From a bacterium (GTDB lineage Bacteria > Margulisbacteria > WOR-1 > O2-12-FULL-45-9 > XYB2-FULL-48-7), in NCBI GenBank assembly GCA_043812655.1, contig JBDRLW010000027.1, positions 1 to 30,246 on the forward strand: a stretch of 30,246 bases of DNA, written 5' to 3'. Every line of letters begins with the position of its first letter. Within the stretch, counting starts at the first letter, position 1. This document shows, in pieces, positions 8,313 through 16,090 of the stretch. The notes under the pieces are model-generated. The model did not search any database. It worked only from the letters and a program-made list of their open reading frames with translations, and was not told the origin of the DNA. The translations under genes were made by a program, and so were the position numbers.

Positions 8313-9442
8313 ATGAACGGGAACACCGAAGCAAGTCCCGGATGAATGATCTTACCGCTTTTGATATTTATCCCAGTTTTAATGGTCTGGTTTTCTTCGC
8401 AGGCTTGGTCTAAACCTTTATTGATGATCTCTATTAAATAGGGGAGAACGACGGTCCCCAATGCCTCCGATGTTGTTCGTGCCCCCTGCGACGGGAGATT
8501 GGGCGGCGCAAAGAAAAATATATTCGTCCCCGGAATAGCTGGCAGGTCAAACGGATCTAGGAGCGAAGTTTCAAAGACGCCTTCAATGCCGCCGCCTTGG
8601 TCGATATCGGCGGGGTAGAGGCAGCCGCCCGGGAGCATGGTTTTTAGCAGGTCGATCGTTACCAGCTTGGCCGGTTTTTTCCCGGCGGTATACATCGACG
8701 AGACCAAGAAAAACGCGTCTTTGATCGAACGCCGCAGCGACTCTGGAGTAACGGCCATAACCGCGACCTTGGGGAACCTGATCTCGTGGGATTTAAAATA
8801 ATTGGCCAGCTCTTTGACCCGTTCGAGGTTATGGTCTAAAAGGGTGACTTCAAGCCCGCGCTCTGAAAATTCTTCGGCTACGGTCTTGCCCAACATCCCG
8901 CCGCCTAAGACTACGGCTTTAACGCCGTGCAACCCGGTTTCGGGCATGCCTGAAGTAATGATCTTTTTAGCTAAAAGGGCGTATTCATCAGCGTGGCGGG
9001 CGATGACCTTGGCGGCTGCTTCGCTCATTGGCGCCAGACAGGGAAATTTACCGCTATCTTCCATGGTTTCCAACGTGATAAAAGCCGCGTTAGTTTTGGC
9101 CGCCGCAGTTGTCCGCTCAAGGCTGGCTGCGAAATGCTGGTAAGAAATAATAATATTATCCTTAAGCTTAGGGAGGTCGATCAGCGTTGTTTCTTTAACC
9201 CCAACAATTATATCTTTGGCCAGCGCGGCTTCGTGAGAGCAAATATTAGCGCCGACCGCGGTGTAAGCCGAATCGGGGAAATCGATCTTTTGGCCGGCGT
9301 CTTTTTCAATAAAGACTTGCAGCCCAGAGGTTTTAGCCCGGAGTTCCGAGATAAGGGGCGGGGTTAAGATAACCCGGCTTTCAACTTCCCTCCCTTTGGA
9401 GTCGATCTTGGCTTCACGTAAGATGGCAATTGATTTAACCAT
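8309..9442 (-). CDS. Alanine dehydrogenase-like (AlaDh/PNT family) NAD-dependent oxidoreductase, divergent
   Basis: ESRVILTP, VKE, YQH, APMSEAA, VLGGGMLG, DIDQGG and PNLP motifs. Confidence 0.8.
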   Translation of the reverse strand: MVKSIAILREAKIDSKGREVESRVILTPPLISELRAKTSGLQVFIEKDAGQKIDFPDSAYTAVGANICSHEAALAKDIIVGVKETTLIDLPKLKDNIIISYQHFAASLERTTAAAKTNAAFITLETMEDSGKFPCLAPMSEAAAKVIARHADEYALLAKKIITSGMPETGLHGVKAVVLGGGMLGKTVAEEFSERGLEVTLLDHNLERVKELANYFKSHEIRFPKVAVMAVTPESLRRSIKDAFFLVSSMYTAGKKPAKLVTIDLLKTMLPGGCLYPADIDQGGGIEGVFETSLLDPFDLPAIPGTNIFFFAPPNLPSQGARTTSEALGTVVLPYLIEIINKGLDQACEENQTIKTGINIKSGKIIHPGLASVFPFI

Positions 9443-10940
9443 TGAATTTATATTTTAAGATCTCCGGGTCGCTTTCGTCAACCTTTATTATATTGTATGG
9501 GAAGAATATCTTGGTTTGCGTTTCTTTGATATTAAGATCATCAAGCCTGACCTCAAGATGGACATCGGCCGGGACGACTTTAAGTTCCCGAGATTTTACT
9601 CCCTCCATCGGTTGGGCCCAGTTTTCAATGATGTGGCTGATGATCTCCCGCCGGCCGGAAAACTCTTCGCCAAACTCGGTTAAAATGCCGAGAAGCGGTT
9701 TACCTAATCTAGCTTCTTTTAAAAGATTGATACAACCAAGCATTCCCAAATGTTGGGATAAAAGCTTGCCTTCTTCTTTTTCAACCGAACCGATATTAAG
9801 GAGGATAAGTCCAGCTTCCCGATAATGGCGGCCAAGGCCGACTTCATATCGGCTGTCGCCGGTAATGCCGATCTTTAAGGTCTCTCCGTCTTTAGTTGGG
9901 ATCAGTGTGTTGATCACCAGGCCAACCGAAGATTCTTGGTTGGTCCAGCGCTCGGTATGATATGCCGGTTTAATGGAAAGAGAAAACCCGTGTTTTTCCA
10001 TCAGAGAAACTCCTTCGATCTCATCGATCTCTCCGCCGGGAACGAGGAGCTTAAAACTTATTTCCCGGTTGCCAAAAAGGTCGGTAGCTGAAAGCAGGCC
10101 ATGAAACTTCAGCAAGACGCCAGACGAACCAAAGATATCGATCACTTTTGATCGTTTCTGTTCATTATGGTCATTATATTTAGCGAGGAGGGAGAGGATC
10201 CCTTCGACCGATTCGGTGTGGTCATCATGATCGTGGGTGATGATTATTGCATCGATATCAGCTATACCCAGACCAAGGTCGCGGAAGATGTCAAAGAAAT
10301 CATAACCCGGGTCGATCGCGATCCCTTTAATTTCGCCTTTAGGATTCTTTAGGGTTAGAAAATACCCGCCGCCTTGTGAGATGCCGCTCGAAAAAAGCGG
10401 GCTGGCAGAATTCCATTTATGGATCGTCCGTAAAATATTGGGGCCGATCACGCGGCCTAGGATCCGCGGCGCGTTCAAGTCTTTAATTAGCTTGAGCTGG
10501 TTCTTTTTTATCGTTTCCCTGGTGGGGAAGAGAGTGTCATCCATATAGGCCAGGGCTTGGGTGGTCGGACTATTAAAATTTTTTATTTGCAGGTTATATT
10601 GGTGGGCAATTTTAAAATCATGATAAGCGTCCTGGAAGCGCCCTTGTAAAAAATGGGCGATGCCGCGAAAATAAGCGGGGATGCTTAGGTCTTTACGTTC
10701 CCGCTGGGTGATCTTGAATAGCTCGTCATAAACTTTTTCTGCTTCATAATATAAATTATTATTTATGCAGGCACAGCCGATCAGGTTCCAAGCACTGTTG
10801 CCAGTTTGATTTAGTTTCGTTAGAGTGGAGAGGATCGTTCTAAAATGTTTAACCAGCCACTCTTTTTGGCCGCCAGAAGAAAGCCGCTTTAAGGTTTCCC
10901 AGGTTTCATGGCGGCCGGGGTCAAGCGGCAGCGGGTTCAT
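9435..10940 (-). CDS. TPR-repeat + metallo-beta-lactamase-fold hydrolase
   Basis: N-terminal TPR-like helices (AWNLIG...YYEAEKVY; AYFRGIAHFLQGRFQDAYHDF); MBL motifs IDPG, THDHDDH, AYH, TGD and QHLG. Confidence 0.82.
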   Translation of the reverse strand: MNPLPLDPGRHETWETLKRLSSGGQKEWLVKHFRTILSTLTKLNQTGNSAWNLIGCACINNNLYYEAEKVYDELFKITQRERKDLSIPAYFRGIAHFLQGRFQDAYHDFKIAHQYNLQIKNFNSPTTQALAYMDDTLFPTRETIKKNQLKLIKDLNAPRILGRVIGPNILRTIHKWNSASPLFSSGISQGGGYFLTLKNPKGEIKGIAIDPGYDFFDIFRDLGLGIADIDAIIITHDHDDHTESVEGILSLLAKYNDHNEQKRSKVIDIFGSSGVLLKFHGLLSATDLFGNREISFKLLVPGGEIDEIEGVSLMEKHGFSLSIKPAYHTERWTNQESSVGLVINTLIPTKDGETLKIGITGDSRYEVGLGRHYREAGLILLNIGSVEKEEGKLLSQHLGMLGCINLLKEARLGKPLLGILTEFGEEFSGRREIISHIIENWAQPMEGVKSRELKVVPADVHLEVRLDDLNIKETQTKIFFPYNIIKVDESDPEILKYKFNG

Positions 10941-12241
10941 TAGAAGCGCCAGGTGCCGCCAACCATTTGGGTACGATTGAAACTTCCGCCTAAGATCGCG
11001 TAATCAATGATCAAATTTCCAACGGCAAGTGATAAACCGGCGGTTTTACTCCCGTCCGAAAGTCCAGCCCTGGCCAAAAGTCCCGGCATCAAGACCGCTT
11101 CAGCGCCGTAATGCATCGTGGCTTGTTTGCCATTTTGGTTGAAAATATTTTGGGCATCGGCGGCTAAGGTAAGGGAGTAGATCGGTTTGACCGCGATCCC
11201 AGTGTTGACGAGCATCTCGTAGCCTCTGGTCTTCTGCCCATTTTGCCAATTAAAATCAGTGGTAAGAACCCCTTTAGTTACTAAGCCGACCGAAATATAT
11301 TCAACCGGTTTAGCGATGACGCCAACATCGAGATCGGCGCCCATCCCGCGAACATTGGTGCTGATCTTAGTTAGGTCATAAAAATTTAAGCCAGCGCCAA
11401 CCGCGATCCTTTGCGCGAAGCCAGAAGCGATGGAGACGGTGTACCAATTGGTCTTTTGGTCAATACTTGGAGTTGCGTTATAATCACCAAGCCAGCTAAG
11501 GCCAAGAGCGAATTGCGCCTTTGAACCTTCTCTCGCTGGCGACTGTTCCCAATAATGTGGGCGATCATAATCCCGGTGGTACCAGGGAGAACTCCAAGGG
11601 ACAAGGCCGACACCGACATTAACATTGATATTGGTATTTTTGACGATCGATTTGGCGGTCTCTTTGGTTTTTGTCGCTGTGGCGCTGGCTAGTTTCTTGA
11701 TAGTATCTTTTAACCCTTGTCTTAAACTGACCGCCTCGCCGGAAGCAGTAACTTGGCCGGTAACCGACTCATCGCGGCTGGGCGCTTCACCTCCGCGGCC
11801 CCAATTTTTTTTGACTATCCCCTGGTCGGAAAGATATTGCGCGCTTTCAAGAGCGACCGCTGATGCCAATCCGATCCCTAATATCCATTGGAAAGGGTTC
11901 ATTTCTGTCTCGTAACAAAACTTCATATTCATGAGATTATCGCCAACCCAGATATTTTTGTTGTTGGCCATGGTTGAGCCGGTCAGCGAAACTTCGGGAT
12001 TGAGAGCCAGTCCAGCCGGGTTCCAATATGGAGCGTTAGCATCGTCAGCTATGGCGGTAAAAGCGCCGCCCATGCCCATTGGTCTTGTACCCATTAAAGC
12101 TTCTGAAGAAGATGATAATAAAATCCAAATTCCAAATAACAAAACACAAACAATACCAAAAGGAGACAAATAAGAAGAACTTAAAATTTGAGATTTGTGA
12201 TTTTCTGCCTTGTTTGTCATTTGGTGCTTGTTATTTATCAT
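10940..12241 (-). CDS. Outer-membrane beta-barrel, PorV/PorQ/TraF-FadL-like
   Basis: Signal peptide, GTRPMGMGGAFTAIADDANAPYWNPAGLA motif, amphipathic strands and C-terminal GGTWRF; AGGAGG SD; 1-nt TAATG overlap with the next gene. Confidence 0.82.
   Translation of the reverse strand: MINNKHQMTNKAENHKSQILSSSYLSPFGIVCVLLFGIWILLSSSSEALMGTRPMGMGGAFTAIADDANAPYWNPAGLALNPEVSLTGSTMANNKNIWVGDNLMNMKFCYETEMNPFQWILGIGLASAVALESAQYLSDQGIVKKNWGRGGEAPSRDESVTGQVTASGEAVSLRQGLKDTIKKLASATATKTKETAKSIVKNTNINVNVGVGLVPWSSPWYHRDYDRPHYWEQSPAREGSKAQFALGLSWLGDYNATPSIDQKTNWYTVSIASGFAQRIAVGAGLNFYDLTKISTNVRGMGADLDVGVIAKPVEYISVGLVTKGVLTTDFNWQNGQKTRGYEMLVNTGIAVKPIYSLTLAADAQNIFNQNGKQATMHYGAEAVLMPGLLARAGLSDGSKTAGLSLAVGNLIIDYAILGGSFNRTQMVGGTWRF
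12121..12241. repeat. Inverted heptamer-repeat tract encoding the signal peptide
   Basis: Coding strand: AAATAAC AAGCACC AAATGAC ... AAATCAC AAATCTC AAAT ... then complementary-type TTGTGTT TTGTTAT TTGGAAT TTGGATT. Confidence 0.7.
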
Positions 12242-12325
12242 TTTGGTCCCTCCTGTGGAGATTGTAGCAAAGGTCGCTTGTCTTTAGCAAGGGAGGAATG
12301 GTAAAATAAACTTGCGGAGGAGAAA

Positions 12326-12925
12326 ATGAAAGAAATAATCGAACGGGCCAAAGCTATATTGTATAAACCAAAAGAGACCTGGTGGATCATTAAAAATGAA
12401 ACCGGGACGGTCCAAGACCTTTTTGTTAACTACGCGGCGCCATTGGCGCTTATCCCCGCGGTTTCGACTTTGATCGGTTTTGTGGTGATCGGGATCAGGA
12501 TGCCATCGGGGAGTTTTGCCAGGGCCCCTTTCATGGAATCCTTGACCGGCGGGATATTGGGTTATTTTTTCAATCTCTTGGGATTATTAGCGGCAGCTTG
12601 GGTCATCAACTTTTTAGCCCCATACTTTAATTCCAAGCAAGACTTTGGCGCGGCGGTGAAACTGGTGATCTATTCGATGACCCCTGTTTGGTTGGTCGGA
12701 ATATTTTCGCTTTTGCCCGGCATTGGCGTTTTACAACTCTTTGGTTTTTTTGGGGTTTATTTGCTCTTTCTAGGTTTACCGGCAATGCTTGATACGCCTA
12801 TAGACAAAATGGCTTGGTTCACGACTTTTATTGTCATCGCCTGGTTTTTGATCTCTCTTCTCTTGACCATCATTGTTGGGGGTGCAGTCTACGGCCCGAT
12901 GTTCCTGCGGATGATGTCGGTTTAG
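12326..12925 (+). CDS. Yip1 (DUF1282)-family membrane protein
   Basis: R.K.IL.KPKE.W..I..E, A..LV.YS.TP.W and YLL.LG motifs; five TM segments; GGAGG SD. Confidence 0.88.
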   Translation: MKEIIERAKAILYKPKETWWIIKNETGTVQDLFVNYAAPLALIPAVSTLIGFVVIGIRMPSGSFARAPFMESLTGGILGYFFNLLGLLAAAWVINFLAPYFNSKQDFGAAVKLVIYSMTPVWLVGIFSLLPGIGVLQLFGFFGVYLLFLGLPAMLDTPIDKMAWFTTFIVIAWFLISLLLTIIVGGAVYGPMFLRMMSV

Positions 12926-13800
12926 TAAATAACTTTATTCAACGGATATTCGACCAAACCCTTAGCCCCGGCTTTTTTCAGCTTCGGAATTAGGTCCCTC
13001 ACCGCTTTTTCGTCAATGATCGTATCAATATCGACCCAGTCGGGATTTGATAATTCCGCGATGGTTGGCGTCTGCAAGGCGGGGAGGAGGCTTAAAATAT
13101 TCCGCAGGCGGCTTTTAATGACGTTCATCTTTAAGCCAACCTTGGTTTCGGCCTGGAGAGCGCCCTCGAGCATCATAATAAGATTATTTACTTTCTCTTT
13201 TTTCCAAGGATCTTCCAGGCAGGCGGAATTGGCGATCACCACTGTATTTGAAGTTAGGACGGTGTCGATGATCTTCAAATGATTAGCCTTGAGCGATGAA
13301 CCGGTTTCGGTCAATTCAACGATCGCATCGGCGAGTTCTGGGGGCTTGGCTTCGGTCGCGCCCCAGGAAAATTCAACTTGGGCCGTGACTTTCTTTTCTT
13401 TCAGCCATTTCTTGGTAACATTGACCAGTTCGGTCGCGATCCGTTTACCTTTTAAGTCTTTTACGGTTTTGATCTTGCTGTTTTCAGGGACAGCCAAGAC
13501 CCATCTGACTTTACGTAAACCTTGTTTCGCGTAAACTAGATCGGCGATCTTTCTAACCTTGCAACCAGAATCAGTGACCCAATCGATCCCGGTTAATCCG
13601 GCATCTAAGACATTATCTTCTACATACCGGGCCATCTCTTGGGCGCGGACCAGGGTGATCTCCATTTCGGGGTCGTCAACCGCCGGGTAATAGGAGCGGC
13701 TGGTTGATCGGATCGTCCAACCGGCTTTTTTGAAAAGGTCATAAGTTGATTCCTGTAAGCTTCCTTTAGGTAAACCGAGCTTTAATTTGTTCCCCATCAT
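12922..13800 (-). CDS. hisG: ATP phosphoribosyltransferase (long form)
   Basis: [39 protein letters not shown] motifs and C-terminal regulatory domain (LPAL.TPTI...AGA.G..EYPLNK). Confidence 0.96.
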   Translation of the reverse strand: MMGNKLKLGLPKGSLQESTYDLFKKAGWTIRSTSRSYYPAVDDPEMEITLVRAQEMARYVEDNVLDAGLTGIDWVTDSGCKVRKIADLVYAKQGLRKVRWVLAVPENSKIKTVKDLKGKRIATELVNVTKKWLKEKKVTAQVEFSWGATEAKPPELADAIVELTETGSSLKANHLKIIDTVLTSNTVVIANSACLEDPWKKEKVNNLIMMLEGALQAETKVGLKMNVIKSRLRNILSLLPALQTPTIAELSNPDWVDIDTIIDEKAVRDLIPKLKKAGAKGLVEYPLNKVIY

Positions 13801-13803
13801 TTC

Positions 13804-14166
13804 TTACCTCTCTTTTTTGGTTTTTGACAGGAGGATGTTCTTATTGTTAACGTGGATTATTTTAGGTTTGGTCTTCTTAGCTTTTTTTTCTTCTATCAGC
13901 CCATAAGCGATAATAATGACTTTTTCACCGACCCGGCCAAGCCTGGCGGCTGGTCCGCGGAGCGAGATTTCCCCTTTTTCACCAGAAATTACGTAGGTTT
14001 CAAAGCGGATGCCATTGTTAAAATTTAAGATCTGGACTTTTTCCCCGGCGAGCAACCCGGCGGCTTTAAGGAGGTCGGGGTCGATCGCGATGCTCCCTTC
14101 ATAGTTGAGGAGCGTGCTCGTTATCGTCGCCATATGGATCTTAGACTTGAGGATCGTGATTAACAT
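13804..14166 (-). CDS. panD: Aspartate 1-decarboxylase proenzyme
   Basis: LKSKIH, YEG|SI self-cleavage site, NG.RFETY and GPAAR motifs. Confidence 0.93.
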   Translation of the reverse strand: MLITILKSKIHMATITSTLLNYEGSIAIDPDLLKAAGLLAGEKVQILNFNNGIRFETYVISGEKGEISLRGPAARLGRVGEKVIIIAYGLIEEKKAKKTKPKIIHVNNKNILLSKTKKER

Positions 14167-14186
14167 CTGATATAATAATAACTCTT

Positions 14187-14411
14187 ATGGACGAAAAAGT
14201 AAACCCCGACCGCAGCGTCGGGGTAAAGCTGACTAAAAATATGATCATTACCGAAGCCCTCAAGCTCAAGCCGGCGATCGCTGGCATTTTGATGGGCAAA
14301 GGGATGCATTGCTTAGGTTGCGTGATCGCCCAGGGGGAGACGATTGAACAAGCGGCTGAAGTCCACGGACTAGATGTCGATGAACTCATCAAGGAGTTAA
14401 ACGACCTCTAA
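14187..14411 (+). CDS. DUF1858 (hybrid-cluster-protein-associated redox disulfide) domain protein
   Basis: GMHCLGC.IA..ETIEQAA.VHG.D.D.L..ELN. Confidence 0.88.
   Translation: MDEKVNPDRSVGVKLTKNMIITEALKLKPAIAGILMGKGMHCLGCVIAQGETIEQAAEVHGLDVDELIKELNDL
14199..14227. mobile_element. In-frame palindromic micro-insertion (24 bp net) with GTAAA/TAAA direct repeat
   Basis: GTAAA CCCCGAC-cgcagc-GTCGGG GTAAA; removing one 24-bp period restores MDEKVKLTKNM. Confidence 0.65.
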
Positions 14412-14650
14412 TGGCAGAAAGCATTAAAGTTTATTCCACCCCAACTTGCCCATACTGCAAGATGGTCAAACAATTTTTGACCGAAAATAATATTGTGTTT
14501 GAAGATATTGATGTTGGCAAAAATTCGGTGATGGCCCAGGAGATGATCAAAAAATCAGGTCAAATGGGTGTTCCCGTCCTCGATATCGATGGCCAGGTCG
14601 TTGTCGGTTTTGATCGCGGTAAAATTAAACAACTGCTTAATCTTAACTAA
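14411..14650 (+). CDS. NrdH/YruB-like glutaredoxin
   Basis: VYSTPTCPYC, SGQMGVPV and VGFD motifs; TAATG coupling with the DUF1858 gene. Confidence 0.93.
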   Translation: MAESIKVYSTPTCPYCKMVKQFLTENNIVFEDIDVGKNSVMAQEMIKKSGQMGVPVLDIDGQVVVGFDRGKIKQLLNLN

Positions 14651-14677
14651 CAAACTAACTGACTAACCGACCCACCT
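14646..14677. repeat. Octamer tandem repeat at a convergent gene junction
   Basis: ACTAACAA ACTAACTG ACTAACCG ACCCACCT; contains both convergent stop codons. Confidence 0.65.
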
Positions 14678-15602
14678 CAAACTTCTCTACTAATTTCAAC
14701 GGATGATAAGATAATTTTGCCGTTCGCAAGCCAGGGATACCAAGGTCTTGCTCCAGGTTCACATATTTAAAACCGCTAAAAGTTTTATTGCATGCCTCCC
14801 AAAGCAGGGTTTGCGCTACGCCTGGAGCATCGGGATCGCCATAAGCAAAATGGACAGATGCTGTTTCACTGTTAAGCGGACTTCCCAAAGTAAATCCCAA
14901 TAATTTATCGCCGGAGAGGAGCGCGCCGCCTATAAATTTTAATTCCGAATAATTCTCAAACGCTTTGGTGATCGCCTTTTTTTGGGCGGTATGGGCTAAT
15001 TTTGGGAAGAACCGGGATTCGCTTCTGACCGCGAACCATTTTTCGAATAATTTCAAGGCTGGATCAAAATGATCGGGGAGTAATGGGATAAATTTATGAT
15101 CAGAAAAATGTTTAATGAATCTTTTGATGTGATTCCGCTTGCCGTCATATTTACGGCCTTTAAGCTGCGCCAGCTCGATGGTCGTGAAGAGATAGTCAAA
15201 CTGGCTGCGCAGAGCATGAACCTTATATTTATCCCCACACCAAAATACTCCACCGCTTGCTGAGAGGTTTTGGTGTGGGGATTTATTGGCTGGTAACTTA
15301 TTGATAAAGTTCTCATTGACCCTGGACAGCCTAGGTGTATGTTTTAGCAAGATTTCAATCGTCTCTTCCAGTTTATTATTGCCCAGTGGTTCTAAAAAGT
15401 AGGGTAACTCATTATCCGGGGAGATCAAAATGCAAAAATTCTTATTTAAACAAGCGATCCGCGGCTTATCAAAATCTTGCCAAATGTAGAGATTGCCAAG
15501 ATTAAGTTCGCACACGGTTGGGTGGTGGTGGCGCAAGTGCCGGCCGAGCCAGAGGCGATCAGCCAATTCAAGCGGTCTAAAGTTGGGGAATTCAGGCACC
15601 AT
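14655..15602 (-). CDS. DUF2156 / LPG-synthase (MprF) C-terminal-like GNAT-fold protein
   Basis: CELN..NLYIW, DYL....L..LKG.KY..KRNHI..F, VNLEQDLG.PGLR.AKLSYHP motifs. Confidence 0.9.
   Translation of the reverse strand: MVPEFPNFRPLELADRLWLGRHLRHHHPTVCELNLGNLYIWQDFDKPRIACLNKNFCILISPDNELPYFLEPLGNNKLEETIEILLKHTPRLSRVNENFINKLPANKSPHQNLSASGGVFWCGDKYKVHALRSQFDYLFTTIELAQLKGRKYDGKRNHIKRFIKHFSDHKFIPLLPDHFDPALKLFEKWFAVRSESRFFPKLAHTAQKKAITKAFENYSELKFIGGALLSGDKLLGFTLGSPLNSETASVHFAYGDPDAPGVAQTLLWEACNKTFSGFKYVNLEQDLGIPGLRTAKLSYHPLKLVEKFEVGRLVS
15227..15286. mobile_element. In-frame MITE-like palindromic insertion (48 bp + 6-bp TSD)
   Basis: ATTTAT [CCCCACACCAAAA - 22 nt - TTTTGGTGTGGGG] ATTTAT; adds exactly 18 codons (SPHQNLSASGGVFWCGDK). 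Confidence 0.85.
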
Positions 15603-16008
15603 TGTGAAATTTTACCATGGTAACGCACTTGCCAGGGGAACAGGCGGAGCACTCGAGGGTATCTTTTAGAGGGAGAGTTGGGAGGCCGGAGTTGGGAATT
15701 TGAAACCCAAATTTTTTGAAGAAGTCGGGGATGATGGTGTAAAGGTAGAGATCTTTTTTCGTTAGCTCAAATAAATGTTTGAGTAACTGGGACGCGATCC
15801 CTTTTTTTCTCTCGACCTCAAGCACGCCCAGGGAACTGATGAAGGAGAAATCCGGGAATTCCTCGAGCCTGACAACACCGATAATTTTGCCGTTTTCTTC
15901 CGCCACCCAGAAATCATTGAGTGGTTGATCGTGGTAATAAAGATCGAGGGTTTTTAAGAGTTCTAAAATTTGGGGTTTATCTTGAACGGTCGCTTGTCTA
16001 ATGTCCAT
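15592..16008 (-). CDS. GNAT-family N-acetyltransferase (ArgA-like)
   Basis: MDIRQAT start, FWVAEENGKIIG, SLGV...RKKGIA..L, YLYT..PDFF.KFGF and C-terminal CxxC. Confidence 0.88.
   Translation of the reverse strand: MDIRQATVQDKPQILELLKTLDLYYHDQPLNDFWVAEENGKIIGVVRLEEFPDFSFISSLGVLEVERKKGIASQLLKHLFELTKKDLYLYTIIPDFFKKFGFQIPNSGLPTLPLKDTLECSACSPGKCVTMVKFHNGA
15670..15704. repeat. Heptamer tract inside the GNAT gene
   Basis: GTTGGGA GGCCGGA GTTGGGA ATTTGAA on +, encoding QIPNSGLPT on -. Confidence 0.55.
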
Positions 16009-16022
16009 GATGACAATTTTAC

Positions 16023-16046
16023 CACCAAGACACCAAGGCACCAAGA
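16023..16046. repeat. Octamer tandem repeat in divergent promoter region
   Basis: CACCAAGA CACCAAGG CACCAAGA. Confidence 0.8.
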
Positions 16047-16051
16047 GGGGA

Positions 16052-16080
16052 TTGCGAAGAAAGGGCGTATTAGGTAGAAT
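16052..16080 (+). promoter_or_regulatory. sigma70-like promoter for the thioredoxin reductase operon
   Basis: TTGCGA-N17-TAGAAT, 10 nt before ATG 16091. Confidence 0.55.
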
Positions 16081-16090
16081 GGCGGTAGTT

